Positions 40,522-53,614 of a stretch of DNA of 64,000 bases are shown here, piece after piece. The notes under the pieces were generated by a model that was not told where the DNA came from, did not search any database, and saw nothing but the letters and a program-made list of their open reading frames with translations. The position numbers were made by a program, and so were the translations under genes. Position 1 is the stretch's first letter, and each line of letters opens with the position of its first letter. The stretch is from NCBI GenBank assembly GCA_964016885.1, contig OZ024745.1:69068001-69132000 (forward strand), read 5' to 3'. Origin of the DNA: Eledone cirrhosa (lineage: Eukaryota).

Positions 40522-41754
40522 GCGTAAGACATACATAATGAGAAAGAAAGAGGAATAGTGAAACCGTTTGAAGTACAGCAACAATTCATATTTGCTAGTT
40601 GTCTGGTCTTGCTCATGTAACTAACGTGCCACCAGTAATCGAACTCATAGCCTCATTGTTATAAGACAAACATCTTAGCAACTAAGCCACACACCCTCAC
40701 ATCACGATTGGTGCTGATATTACATTTAATGTCGAAGAGTGGGCAGATGTTTTGTCTAGTGTCAATTGCCATTCAGGCTACAGCATACGAAATTAGATGA
40801 ACATATTTGATTACAAAATACCGAAGAAATAAATTTAATTTAGTGAAGAAGTTATATATATTGATCGAGTATTCCAATAACCAGTTAATGGAATACACCA
40901 TGTCTTGTCGGATTGAAGTAGTAGAAGGTTGTCATCTGTCATGGCTGGCTTTATGTTAGTGTTTGGAAAGTTTCTCGCCAAGGCGCAAGCTTGGTCAAGA
41001 TGTTTTGTGAAAGATCAATAGTCGTCTAACTATGTTATTGTTAGCTGGCGGTTCTCTCGTTGGATTGTGACTATTTCACCGGCTTGAGATAGTTTTCCAA
41101 GCCTACCAGTCTCCTCTCTCTCTCAAAAGCGCCGAATTTATTCACGAGAAAAGCACCTGTGTTGTCATCATTCATTTCCTCCGGTTGAATGCGTTGGGCT
41201 CGGTACGGGAAATGAACTCCAAGTTAGATAAATGCCGTAAACCTCAACACTCTATTACTGTAATTTGATTGCAAATGGCCAATTTTAAAGTCAAGCTAGT
41301 TATTATGATGGAAATACAATACTAAATACAATGTTTCTGTTTCTTTTTCTAGATATACGGGATATTTGTCTGCCATTTCTAGCAGGCTGAACAGTTATGT
41401 AGAGGCTACCGTATGTTTTGTTTATGTAAGAACGAACAAAGAGATTTTGATGGTTACGTGAATGTATTTAGATGTATGCATAAAATAATGATTCGTGAAA
41501 AATCTCCTGTGGCGACTGCAAACGTAATAGTAAGGTTGTCGATAGCATGCTTGATGTAGTAAGCTATGAATTTTTAATTAATTAAACATACAAGGTTGGT
41601 GATAAAATCAATCATTATCTAATTCTCAGATTCCTAAACTACAATCCACAATCCTCAGGGATGATAGAAAGATTATTTGCGGTCATAGAACTGTCATGGA
41701 GAAAATGAAACTTTGCTTCGTTTATTGGAGTATTTCATCTGTGGATGTGAAGGA

Positions 41755-42015
41755 ACATGGCTTCGTGGGTAGAGTGTTCCACTCCCCAACGTGAGTTCGA
41801 TTCTCGGTGGCAAGTTTTGTTTTTTTAGCAAGATACACTATTTCACGTTGTTCCAGTCTACTCTGTTGGAAAAAGTGATGTATACCTGTAATTCAAAGAG
41901 TGATCGCTATAACATACTGTATCAGGTTGACGCTCCCTAAAGGGTACACGTGATTGTGGATTGCTTAGCCATTTGCACGTTAATTTCACGAGCAGGCTGT
42001 TCCGTTGATCAGTCC
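41755..42015 (+). mobile_element. CORE-domain SINE, degraded
   Basis: TGGCTTCGTGGGTAG...GAGTTCGATTC...AGCAAGATACACTATTTCACGTTG...CCTGTAATTCAAAG...TTGCACGTTAATTTCACGAGCAGGCTG. Confidence 0.7.
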
Positions 42016-42260
42016 TCTAGACACATATTCGAAATTGATGAAAGCTCAACTCACACATATATAAAGATTTATCAATAGTGTATACACTTAGAGTAATTCA
42101 CGAAGGGGATTTAGAATGCCATACCGTGCGACAAGACCCGATCTTTGTTCTGTTGATCAGTCCTCTAGACAAATATTCGAAATTGATGAAAGCTCAACTC
42201 ACACAGAGTAATTCTCGAAGGGAATTTAGAATGCCATAGTGTGCGACAAGCCCGATCTTT
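42004..42260. repeat. Local tandem duplication (~140-bp unit; second copy has an internal deletion)
   Basis: GTTGATCAGTCCTCTAGACA.ATATTCGAAATTGATGAAAGCTCAACTCACACA...GAGTAATTC.CGAAGGG.ATTTAGAATGCCATA..GTGCGACAAG occurs at 42004 and 42152. Confidence 0.88.
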
Positions 42261-42595
42261 GAATTACAGAAAAGAGACAGTTTCTGCGAGTAGTTTTCAA
42301 ACAGTTTCAACCTACTCAATTTTACTCATTATGCTTCAGTCAGCTCCAAATATTTGCTCGCGATGTCATTCAGTGGGATCGAATTAGAAACTTTATAATT
42401 GCGACGTAAACCTCTTAGCAATTCAATCAAATACAATGAACTTTGTTACTATATGATGATGTGTAACATATTTGGTATTGTATCTCATGACACTTGATAT
42501 CGTGTGTCTTACGTTCAGTCTAAGAGAAGGCAGTATTTTATTGAAAGGTATTAACAAGATGTATATTTACAAACGCGATTTTGATATCTTAATCC

Positions 42596-42640
<45 letters not shown>

Positions 42641-42645
42641 CATAC

Positions 42646-42723
<78 letters not shown>

Positions 42724-43537
42724 ATATATAAATGTGTGCGTGTGTGTGTGTGTGTGTGTGTCTGTGTGTTTGTGTGTGTGTAGTAAGGTGTGTCAATAAT
42801 AATGTCCTTTGAAATATATGACGCAAACGTAGTTTGCAGAAAAAATGTTTCGTATATTATTATTGACATAGTCATAATTTCGGTGAGTAGGCAGATTTTG
42901 AAAGTTTGTCTTAAACTCCGGAAAATGCGGAAGCTATTGAGATAAATCAGTTGTAAAAAGAATATAATTTGCTCATAAGATTCGCAAATAATCCCTTTTT
43001 CCTATTCCCTAATTAATTCAATAAATATAAAGTATACAAGTGCTATGATATTGAATTTATGATTTAATTTGAATACATATAAATATAAATTCATCTTGAT
43101 AAACTTAACATTTTTATGACGTCGAATTAGAAATAACTCATCAGGGATAAATAGATAAATTCTCCAAAAAACACGACAGGAATCAATGCTGAAGTAACAA
43201 TATTTCTTACAGAACCTGGAATCGAGAATGAGTGATATTTTATTACAGATTCAATTTAGTTCTGCAGTGTTGAATTATACTACCAAGGGGTCCCATTGAA
43301 CATTCCCGTCAAAATTCGACATTTATATAAGAAATGAAAATATATAAAATAATACAAAATGCAACTTGTTTAAACAGTCTTTTTCTGTCTATTTACTTCA
43401 TATTATGTTTACTAATTTATTTATTTATCTATTGAGTTAGATAGTTATTAGTTTCGCTTATGCCTGAGTTCGATGTGAGTTTTAAGGTTTCTACGAAGTG
43501 ATAGTTGGTCTAAAATGTACATCGATTCTTTTTTTTG

Positions 43538-44490
43538 TCTTAAGTATGAAGTAAACCGTGCCAAATTTATAAAGGATATTTGGCGAATGAAAGGATGAAA
43601 CCTGTGACATTGAAACCTTTGTGAATGTTTGAAATATTACCGCAAACTTTGAAAGTCTAAAAGAATATTTGAAAAACATATACTAGTTCAATATAAACAC
43701 ACTTAAGAGCGTCATACGAAGACTTAAAATTACTTATTTAAGTTAAGAAACCATACATAATCTGGGAAAAACTTATATTTCCGGAGACAGTAGAAATCAC
43801 AGAAATAATTTGTGGAAGACCAATGCGAACGAGATAATGAAAACATTGTAAGGTAAAGAAAAAAAATCAGGAATTAGCAATAACTAATTTATGAAACTTA
43901 TTGAAAAAAGAACGAAACTTGTGATTCAGTTAAACTAATTTACCGACATTGTAAATACGGGTCATCTATTAGAATGTGTGAGATATTAGTATGGAAATAT
44001 TATGTACAAGAACTTACAGCTTTGCCACTCATTAGAGGGATGTACAACAAGTCAAGATGTTTTCCACAAAATGGACCAGTTTAAATAAATTATGTATGGA
44101 ATAGAATAATACCGATGGCACTAAAGGTGGTAGGGAAAAGTAGAACTTAAAGCTAATGAAACATCTACATTCACTAATTGCATGATTCATCAAGGGGCAC
44201 TAAGGGTGAACAAAATATTATCTCAGATAATTACACGTAATAAGAGACATAGTTAAAAGTATCTACTTGGATATCACATATTTAAAATATAATGCGATTT
44301 CAGCAACTTTTTCTCTATACAGATGTGCGATGGCTGTCGAAGTGACAAGTTTTAAAATAATTAGTAGACGTAAAGAAAAACACGTTTTAAAGAATTCATC
44401 CATGCTAGAATTGGTCTCGGAATTTAAACCGTTTTCTAGGCATATTTGTGCATATTAATACATTTCTTATGCTTCTGCAAGGAAAAACAT
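43538..44490 (+). pseudogene. Heavily decayed hAT transposase (Buster/Charlie/ZBED5-8-like)
   Basis: Collinear motif remnants across frames: LANERMKPVTLK (~43580), KKPY..EKLIFP (~43746), TDG (~44111), FTNCMIHQGAL (~44171, cf. THCxIHREAL), TDVRWLSK (~44319, cf. TEVRWLSRG), AYL (~44440) and LQGK (~44475). Confidence 0.72.
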
Positions 44491-44519
44491 GAACAAATGT
44501 CACTTAAGAAAGTAGTTGG

Positions 44520-45125
44520 TTAAATATAGGGTATAGTTGGTCTATATCTAGTTAGATAGCTAGTGATAAGATACATTAGGTCTATATTTGGTTAGATAGC
44601 TAATAATTGTTTCTACTTTTGGCACAAGGCCAGCAATTACCCAGTACATTACTGGTACTTTATTTTATCGACCCCGTAAGGATGAAAGGCAAAGTTGACC
44701 TCGGCGGGATTTGAACTCAGAATGGAAAGGGCCGTAATTCTATGCGTCAAACATGACGTCCGACCCTCTACCAATACTGCCAATCCACCGCCCTAGATAG
44801 CTAATAATAAATTGTAACGTGTTTATATTCGCTAATGTGTCAAATTGGTAGGTATATATTCCTTAGAGATCTAATGATAAGTTATTATAGTTGGATATAT
44901 TTGGCTAGATACATAAAGTATAGTATGTATATTTTGTGTTAGATAACTATTATTTGTACAGCTCTGTAATTAATTAGATAGCTAGTGATAAGCTATTGTA
45001 AGAATAAGTCTATATCTAGTGATATGGTACTATATATATATATCATTCTATATTTAGTGTGATACCTAGTGACAAAGTGCTATAGTGGTAGATCTATATT
45101 TAGTTAGACAGTTAGTCATAAGGTA
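44520..45125. repeat. Degenerate ~40-45 bp tandem repeat (TCTATAT.TAGTTAGATAGCTAGTGATAAG-like), interrupted by a SINE
   Basis: Recurrent TAGATAGCTA.TGATAAG and CTATAT.TAG units. Confidence 0.6.
44608..44793 (-). mobile_element. Full-length Nin/Deu-domain SINE with a perfect 15-bp TSD
   Basis: TSD TAGATAGCTAATAAT at 44593-44607 and 44794-44808. The body is the reverse complement of the 31565 family. Confidence 0.92.
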
Positions 45126-46604
45126 TGGTATCATAATGGGAGTTTAATAGTTAATGATGGTTGTTTGGCAAGGATGTAATCAGGAGTCGATTATTGACCT
45201 GGTACAAGAAAGACGGAGAGTTGAAAGTCTGCTTGTGTATATGTAGTCATATCATGTACATACCATAAGTTTGCTGAACTTATTTCACACGGTAACATAT
45301 CTGCTGCATTGTGCGATAGCATTTGTTTTAGTTGATGGCGTACCTCAGTTTAAATTCCGTTAGGTTTCAGGCAGCCTATTCTTTTGCTAAGATATACCAG
45401 TAACATATTCTGTCCGAGTCAGCTAATTAAGCACAATTAACAACTTACAAAATATAAGAGAGCACTGTGCCAAAGAAAGAAATATTGTGTATTTTGCAGC
45501 TGTTTGTTCAAGAAGAGAATAAAAAAATAACCGCCTTCTAGTTAACCTTTTGCTCTTTCTAAATGATAACTTACCAGAATGGAATGTCTTGGATTTAAGA
45601 CGATACATACGTGACGGTATGGCTTACGATAATTTTAATCTCTATAATCCTGCATCTCCAGCATAGGATGAGTTATTTGGAAGTAACTAATTCTAACAAC
45701 ATTTTATTTTCTTCGATCCACCTGTTTTCTGTTTTGAAAGCGAGTGTAAGTAAGACTTACAAATATTTGATTCTAATTCTAATTACTCTCTTGCCACCTC
45801 TATTTTCCTTCCACTGCCTCAGTCTCTCCGCACTAACTACCATTTTCTATTAGAAAAACAAACAAGCAAACCAATGAACTACAAAAACAACTAAACAGAA
45901 GAAAACAACAACAAAAGCTACAACATATATAACAACCACATTCAGTGCGTCAAGAATCTATTCTTGCAGCAGTTTTTCAATTAGACGAGAAGCAAATCTT
46001 GCAAAAATGAAGCAGAGAGAATCTTTATTAAATTCTATTCTTAACTAATTTCCATTAGAGGAGCTATGTAACGCATTCAGCACAGCTTCATTTCCTACTT
46101 CAAGTTTCGATCCTTTTCTTCCAATTTTCTTTACCCTCTACTTTTTCTTTCTACTCGATGGAAGAATAATTTAATTAAACTTTTGCCGAAAGTCTCTTAA
46201 CAATTAAAGTCTGTGGCATACTTATTCATAACTGTCTTTCGTTCTGTGATATTCTCTTAACTCCTGCTATTAACGTTGAGGTGGGGGAAGTGGCAAAGTC
46301 ATCAGAGAGAATGCTTAGCGGTATTTGTTTCGGCTCTGTGATCTGAGTTCAAATTTCGCCGGGGTCAACTGTGCTTTTCATCCTTTCGAGATGGATAAGT
46401 AAACAACCAAGTACTTAAAGCTGGAGAGCTCTGCTAGTTTTAACTGCCCTACAACTCTATAAAGATCTATAGGCCAATAAATGGATGGAGATTGATCCTA
46501 ACTGCACGTGTTCCTATATTCATAGATCACAGAGTAATAGTATAGGTCCGAATAAAAATGTATGAATTTTTACCGAACGCTACTTCTTAAGACATAAAAT
46601 GTGA

Positions 46605-46845
46605 AGACACATGGCTTAGGGTGTTCGCCATATTAGTAATTACATATATCGTAGGACTGTGAGTTCGATTTCCGGCGGTGGGTCGGACGCCATGCTTTGA
46701 CGCATAGAGTTACAGCCCTTTCCAATCTGAGTTCAAATCCCACCGAGGTTAACTTTGCCTTTCATTCTTACGGGGTCGATAAAATAAAGTACCAGTAATG
46801 CACTGGGTAATTGCTGGCTTTGTGCCAAAAGTAGAAACAATTATT
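46605..46845 (+). mobile_element. CORE-SINE tRNA head fused to or interrupted by a Nin/Deu-domain SINE body
   Basis: TGGCTTAGGGTG..GAGTTCGATTTCC, then GGGTCGGACGCCATGCTTTG..GAGTTCAAATCC..GCCTTTCATTCTTACGGGGTCGAT..GTAGAAACAATT. Confidence 0.75.
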
Positions 46846-47658
46846 TCTGATACTAGCAAATAAGTTGTATTTGTAATTCAAGGGACCAGCCTTTTCGTAC
46901 ATAGTTTCAGGCTGAATCTCTATGTGAACTACCTTATGAGTATAAGTGTCTGTGGAATACTCAACAAATTATATTATGTCTAGCTACTCCCACGTTTAAA
47001 TTTGAGCATGTATTCTGTGGTTCAAACAACTGGAACAACCGTCGTCAACATTCACATACAGACATGCACATACTCACAGAAACGCACCCACACAGAGACG
47101 CAGCAAAAAGAGTTATTAAATTGCATGTTGCATCTTTCAGGAACCCCAACATGCTAGCAGAACGAATCTGAATTGAGTGCAAGTAAACCGACTATGGCAT
47201 AGAAAATCGATAGTGTTAGTGAAATCAGTGATTTTTTTCTACCCAATATGGAATCAATAACATGTAACCAAGAGAAACTACGAGCTAGTCTGTATCTAAT
47301 TTATTTCTTTCAGTTAATTATATATATTTATATAACTTTCGTTAATTGTTTCATTTCTATCATAATGGTTTTAGAATTATATTTATTTTATTTTTTACTA
47401 TTGTATACCCGCTGGAAGGCAGTGAAGTAGAGTTGAAACAGCCAACTAAAATATTGTAGAATACCTACTTTTATTCTTGTAGATTCTTAAACAAATCCTA
47501 CCGTGACCCACTCCACTTTATTACTATACTATATGACATCGTGAAAATCCACAGTTTAAATTGAACCAATCACCAAGTATTAATAAAAGAGCAATGTGAC
47601 GCTTTAATTGTTTTATATTATATATAAGAATGAAACAGTCCTAGTCCCGTAGAAGTCA

Positions 47659-47807
<149 letters not shown>

Positions 47808-47834
47808 ATGTAATAAACACCATAACATAATTAT

Positions 47835-47894
47835 TTCATTTACCAGTGGTTTCTTGAAGGCAGATATTTATCTGTCTTCAGTCGTCAGAATGAA
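47835..47894 (-). ncRNA. Type I hammerhead motif in a ~127 bp ORF-less unit (47804-47930) between (TA)n and (CA)n
   Basis: Minus strand: TTCATT-CTGACGA-cTGAAGaCAGAT aaat ATCTGcCTTCAa-GAAA-CCAcTGG-TA-AATGAA. Confidence 0.75.
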
Positions 47895-48136
47895 TAAATA
47901 ACATGGTGTTTTTATTAAATATGGATTTTATACACACACACACACACACACATATACTGTATTGTTCACCTGTGTTATTTCCCCTCGTTGACGTTTCGCA
48001 CACACAGACACAGACACACACAGACACACATACAGACAGACACATATAAATATATATATATACAATGAATAAAAACAACCAGGGTTTAATTGCAATAAAT
48101 CATTTAATTATTTTATTTATTTATTTAACTACATTA

Positions 48137-48198
<62 letters not shown>

Positions 48199-48261
48199 AG
48201 CGATCCTCAACCATTAAGGTTTTCTTTATGCGGGTATGTCAATATTCATAAAACAAATTTG

Positions 48262-48327
48262 TATTTTATCTGATGAAAGCGCACCAAAATTTGCCTTGGT
48301 TGCCCTTGAAATATATATAATAAAATA
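48262..48327 (+). ncRNA. Type I hammerhead motif in a ~265 bp ORF-less unit (48197-48461) flanked by (TA)n
   Basis: TATTTTAT-CTGATGA-AAG..GCACCAA..TTGGTTGC..CTT-GAAA-TATATA-TA-ATAAAATA. Perfect 8-bp stem I and palindromic stem III. Confidence 0.82.
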
Positions 48328-48527
48328 ATTATGGCTTTATAAATATAGTTTCCATTTATTAATATATTGAATATTTACTCCACTACATTGTTGAGTGCTT
48401 TATATCAGTTATAAAAATGTTTAAGCTTGTTGAATCCCAACAAATTAAATATAACCTCTGCATATATATATATATATATATTAGTGAAAAAGAACAAAGG
48501 AACAATTATGACATTATAACAAGTTTA

Positions 48528-48576
48528 TTGCCGACAGCCGTTTCGTACGATCACATGGTGGGACTTTTCAAGGCAT
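48528..48576 (-). ncRNA. Type I hammerhead (U3-A8 variant) at the 3' terminus of the PLE
   Basis: Minus strand: TGCC-TTGAAAA-GTcc..gtAC-GAAA-CGGCTG-TC-GGCA, directly overlapping AATAAA. Stem II is imperfect. Confidence 0.68.
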
Positions 48577-51058
48577 ACAACATGTGACTGTAAGATCATT
48601 ATCTACATCAACGTATCACTCAAGGCTAGCAGTTTGAAATTGTGGTATACATCAGCAGCTCGGCTTGTATAGTTGGGGTCTATATTCTAAGGGGGCTCTT
48701 TTATATTAGTTGTCGGGGTCAGGGATTGAAGGTTAAAAATTAGATAATATATTATTTACGCATTAACAGTAAACTAAAAGACTTGGGGTCCCGTAGAAGC
48801 ACCTTAAAAAATCCCTCAATAAGTGCATAAGCTTACAGGTTCCAATAAACCTACTAAACTAAAAGAAATTAAGAGGCTAATAAAATAAAAAATAAAAATA
48901 TAAAGTTTCCCTAAAAATATATAAAGTTTCCTATGAAATTCCTACGAGAGAAAAAAGTTTTTTTCCGAAAGAAAAAAACTTTATTCCCCCGAGATCACGT
49001 TTACAAATTTCAGAAAATTTACGAAGTTTTGATATTCCCGACTAAGTTGAAAGAAACTAATCAATTAAAGGTTAATTCAAAGAGCCTTCTATAGTTCTCT
49101 CAGAAAAGGCCCCTTTAATATTTTTAATAGGAACCTCCTCCGAGAGACCCTTCGAAGAATTAAACTTTTAGAGAGCCTTTAAGGATATATATAAACACGA
49201 ATTGAGGAAAACTATACATTAAAAGTTAAAAATTACGGTATTTGGGATATCCGAGGAATTTTCAAAGGGCTGCCTCAGCAGATACAACTTAGGCATAATA
49301 GATACAATAATTTAAGTAATTTAAGTAATTTAATTAATTTAATTAGGGAGCAATTCAAAGAGTTTATCAAGTTGGGCAAGATTAAAGAGAGTGGTAAATA
49401 AGAAAATACATAAGCAAAAAGACAATAATTATAAAATGTATTTTTAAGAAGGTATAAGGTAGCTTCAGTAATCTAACAATGTATTATCACAAAAAATTAT
49501 TATAAAATTATTGATACAGGATTAACAAAGACATAATAATATATATTCCTGCCTAATTAACAAGTAACCAAAACACTATTAACAGTCAGGCAAAATTAGC
49601 TCAGGGATATCCCGCGCTCGGATACTTTACACACATACAGCAACACATAGGATTAGCACATACACAATGGTATATTCCTGCCTAATTAACAAACAATCGA
49701 TTAACAATTGATGGTCAAGAAAATGTACTCAGGGATATCCCGCGCACGGATATTTACATACATACAACAGGATGAACAGTACTGGTGACCGTGTGGGCGC
49801 GATATCCATTATGCGTATGTAGTCATCTGCATAGCTCCAGGCACAGCTGGTGTTGTTTAAAAGTTCATAGTTCACGGATCAACTGGGATTCACTATCAGC
49901 TGCGTGGACTCTCTGGGAGATGTACCTGTGGTTCCAATAGCTAGTGGTTGCTGGGTGTGGTCCTTTCGATCTTTTAGTTTCAGGGGTTGCACGCTTTCGG
50001 CCGGTTCTAAGTCCAAGGTCTCGCTACATAGGATGTATTGGTCTACATGCCATATTGGTAAAAAAACCAGTGTGGATTTGACTGGGGTGGTATATTACGA
50101 ACTCCAAGCCCACACGCGACTGGTCAAAAGCGAAGGGCTGTCCCCTCTTTGTTTGCTGTATGGGTCGGTTCCAGCTTAGATGGTGGTCGTGTTATCCATA
50201 TTCCGTCAGCCCTGTATATTCAAGACAGATCAGGGTATATATTTGCGGGTACGGTCCGGCGTCTACGTTATCCAGAGGGTCTCACTTGTGGTACTTTCAA
50301 GTTCGCATGTCATCTCCCGGTTAAAACTGCGCATGCCTCGGTGAATCTCATGCATGGAATCTTAGGGTATCATATTACACGGGGTGACAAGCAGAAAATA
50401 TACATTCTATGCTATCGCGCACGCGCTGGCCTGTGGCTACGACCATGTCCAGTCTCGGGTAGTAGCAGACAGTAGGTAGACCAGCCTGACACACTCCTGT
50501 TCAAGGGGCACAACCCCTAACTTATCGAGTGGTCAGACTTCAAGGGAGTCAACTCTCCAAGCCCATAAAGCCGACTGTGGTAAAATACAAACAAATCCTA
50601 TTAGTAAAGAACTAATCACTGATAATAAAGAACTAACTCAAAAGAATGGGGAGGAGCATCTATTTGGGCGGGGGTTTACTAAAGGAGGGGTGGGGGGGGG
50701 GGCAGGGGGTGAGTGGTTATAGGCAGGGAGCGGCCGCCATACTGGGTGTTTTGTTACTGTTTCCCTGGGTATGTTCTCGAGTTTGTTGACATACATCTCC
50801 GACGGCACCTTCCCATATTAGTCTACGTGGGTCCAGGCACTCACAATGTCCTACATCGCAGGCATCAGCTGCCCCCAGGGTGCCCAGCAACAATGTTGCC
50901 ACCAATCCCAGGTTGGCAAGTGGGACACAGGGTCGTCTGTTCCTCACCAGAGTCCCCATCGCCAATCGGGGAGCCGAGGCATCCATGCGGCCGGGGTTAC
51001 TAAAGAGCACCCTGTTCGCTAGCGGGGCTGCCAAGTGCAGGACTGGGTGGTGTCAGGG

Positions 51059-53520
51059 CTATGTGTCTGGTCTGAAGAAAAAGAAAGAGCTAAGTATAGT
51101 ATGGGGGCATGACGAGAAGATTTCTGATCTCCTGTTGAGCAAGTTGAGTCCTGAGAATACTATGGCATGAGATTCAGATAGGCACAGGCTACAAAACCTG
51201 CTCAACGAGCTATATGGAGGAGCTTTAGTAAGGCATCTCCAGCTTAGTGTGTAGGGGGTTTTTGTTTGTTTTAAGCTATGTATATGGCCCGCTAACGACG
51301 TGGTATTTTTAAGCTTCTCATATCGGAAGCTATGCTGGTGGGCGTTGAACCTCGTCTTGAACTCGTTACCGGTTGATCCAACATACGTCTTAGTATACGT
51401 GCCTGTGGTTACGTTACAAGCATATACCACGTTCCTAATAAGGCAGTGTCCAGCTAGTGGGCATTTGTCCTTCCTTCTGCAATTACACTTTTTAGTAGGG
51501 TCATGCTCCTCAATCAGGGGTGCATGTCCCTCCAAGCAGCCGCGGGGCTGCCTAGTGGGACCGGTTCTATTGCCTATTATCCCCCTGGGTCTTTCACTCA
51601 GTGGGTTGGTCCCGTGTTGTCGTGTGTACTGGCGTGGTTCACTATTTCGGATGGCCTTAAGTCCCTCTTTAATCTTACTCTTATTGGTCTTAGCTAGGTG
51701 TGAGGCCAGATTAGGGGTTGTAGAGTACGATAGCTTGGCAGTATTCTTATTGATAACACTACCGTACCTACTACCCCGGGGGAAGTTCTTATCTATTAAA
51801 GAGAAAAAAGATTTGGGGAGGTCTGTAGTAACATTAGAGTTGAAGGGCGGGTTAAAGAAGGTACTATCACGTCTTCTATTCCTTCCACTGCGTTTCCTAC
51901 CCCCTATGCTGCTTACCCTCTCTTCGTCTATATTATTACGGGTTCTACCAGGTGTGGTTGCTGGGCTCCCAGTGGTACGTGCGTTGGTCTCGAGTCTCCT
52001 AGGCCTCTGTCCCCCGTTTTCACTGTTGGACTTGCTCGGGGCGGCATAGCGCTTACCAGGCGTGTGGGCCCTATCCGTGTCTGCGTTGCGAGTGTTGTTG
52101 TTCTTATCTAACTTCCTATTGTCCCTATTCGTCTTTCTAGCTCTCCTTCCAACTCCCATGGACATATTATGCGTGATTACAGTGCTGGGTTGGGGTGGTG
52201 GGGTGGTGCCGCCTGTCTCAACATAATGGCGTTTATCTTTGTGCCCTGACCCAGCTAGCGCCTTATTGTAATATTCCGCGTTCGCTTCAAATGCGGTCAC
52301 GCTGCTAGATAGTCCGCTAATCCTACTAGATACTCCTTTAACTATTGCTTTGAGGACTGAGCCTGGGTGGTTGGAGTTGGCATTGACGTATGTCAGCCTT
52401 TCGTTAGGTTTATGGTACGGTGCATATTCTAACTTATCTAGGTCTAGTGTGGCATCTAGAAAGTTGACTACCTTACTATTTCTATCTATAGTTATTGATA
52501 GGTTAAAATTCTTGAAGAATTTATAAAGGTCCTTTCTAGTTCTTTCTAGGTTGTGCCGTTTAAAGTCCACAGTAAGCAATGCGTCGTCACGGTATAGCCC
52601 ACCTCTGAGGTGTGGGAGCTGCTCGTTGAGCTCCTTGAGCAAGTCCAATCCGACGAGGTCTGTCACCTGCGCTGAGTCGCTAGACCCCATAGTGATGTCG
52701 AAATTGTTACGAGTGTTCTTGCGCGTCCACAATTCATCCTCAAATGTGATAATTGTTTTACGAGCGGCAAGGACTATGTCAATCTGGGATCTAGCGAGTC
52801 CGCCCGTCCGCATTGCCATCATGAGCGCCTTATTTAGTAGTATGGGGGATATAGACGTATAGTAGGAGTCTATATCGAACTGGATGAAGCGTAGTGATTT
52901 GTGGTTGCTAATGCTTGAGAACCACTTTATCACTTCTGCAGTGTTTCCCCATAGGTCCAGGCTAATCCTGTCTTTAACTTTCGGTATGACTTCATCTAGT
53001 ATTTTTTTACTTATAATCCCTATGTCAGATTTAGAGGGGCTAATGAGCCTGACAGAGGGGCTACTTGCAAAGTCCTCCTTATGATCTTTCAATGTGAACC
53101 TTGGTTGTCGGGGGGTATAAGGTTGTGTGCATTTCTCTAATCCTAGCTTCGTTACTATCACTTTAGCCTCCCTGTTAATCTCGTCTAGGTTGGCTACAGT
53201 AGTTTTTTTAATAGTTTTTATGTAGCTCAATGTATATGAAACCGCGGTATTCTTCATAACTCAGGTTGTACATATTCCTAGTCTTGTCCGAGGGTACGAG
53301 TATACACTTTCTGTCCTTAAAAGATTTAACTAGTGATTCTGATTTTGTTTGGAAGCCGCTACGCTTACTGTTTTTCCTTTTATATCAAATAGACCGGACG
53401 AGAGATAATAGGTCACTCTCAAATTTATCGAGTAGAGGGTTATGGGGCGGGCTCCTAAATGTCCTAAATCCATACTTATTTCTGCTCCTAAATGTCCTAA
53501 ATCCATACTTATTTCTGCTC
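51059..53520 (-). pseudogene. PLE polyprotein: reverse transcriptase + GIY-YIG endonuclease, lightly disabled
   Basis: The 732-aa track ORF has RT motifs FIQFDIDSYYTSI, DITMGSSDSAQVTDLVG, GGLYRDD, VNFLDATLDL, SNHP and FFNPPF; linker CNCRRKDKCPLAGHC; and EN motifs NVVY..YVGST..FKTRFNAH..CSLCLSE..LLNRRSE..CPH. The true N-terminus (KYGFRTFRSPPHNPLLDKFESDLLSLVRSI*YKR..VPSDKTRNMY) lies in another frame upstream, joined by a +1 frameshift near 53205-53212, with one TGA at ~53383. Confidence 0.92.
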
Positions 53521-53614
53521 TGCGTATACGCATAGAGCTTAACTAGCTACCATCACATATTTGGTAGGTCAGACGTGATCATCGCGATTCACATACGACC
53601 TACCATACATCTTA

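Noticed and set aside
18895-43146. Isolated CTGAAGA/CTGATGA matches at ~18922 (-), 25320, 30163, 35215 and 43139 (-)
   Set aside because: No convincing combination of stem I, stem II and GAAA..UH, so they are not counted as hammerheads.
19129-45125. Periodic repeats at 19129-19282 and 44520-45125 as CRISPR-like arrays
   Set aside because: Degenerate head-to-tail units without unique spacers, in a eukaryotic context with no cas genes. They are ordinary minisatellites.
51300-52862. Plus-strand ORFs of 249 aa and 103 aa overlapping the PLE
   Set aside because: Antisense shadows of the RT/EN ORF with no independent motifs.
53380-53390. In-frame TGA in the PLE N-terminus as possible selenocysteine (as in some Naiad PLEs)
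   Set aside because: It is a single TGA in the context I*Y, where a basic residue fits (CGA to TGA decay is simpler). The element is C-terminal-EN type and also carries a frameshift, and I identified no SECIS.
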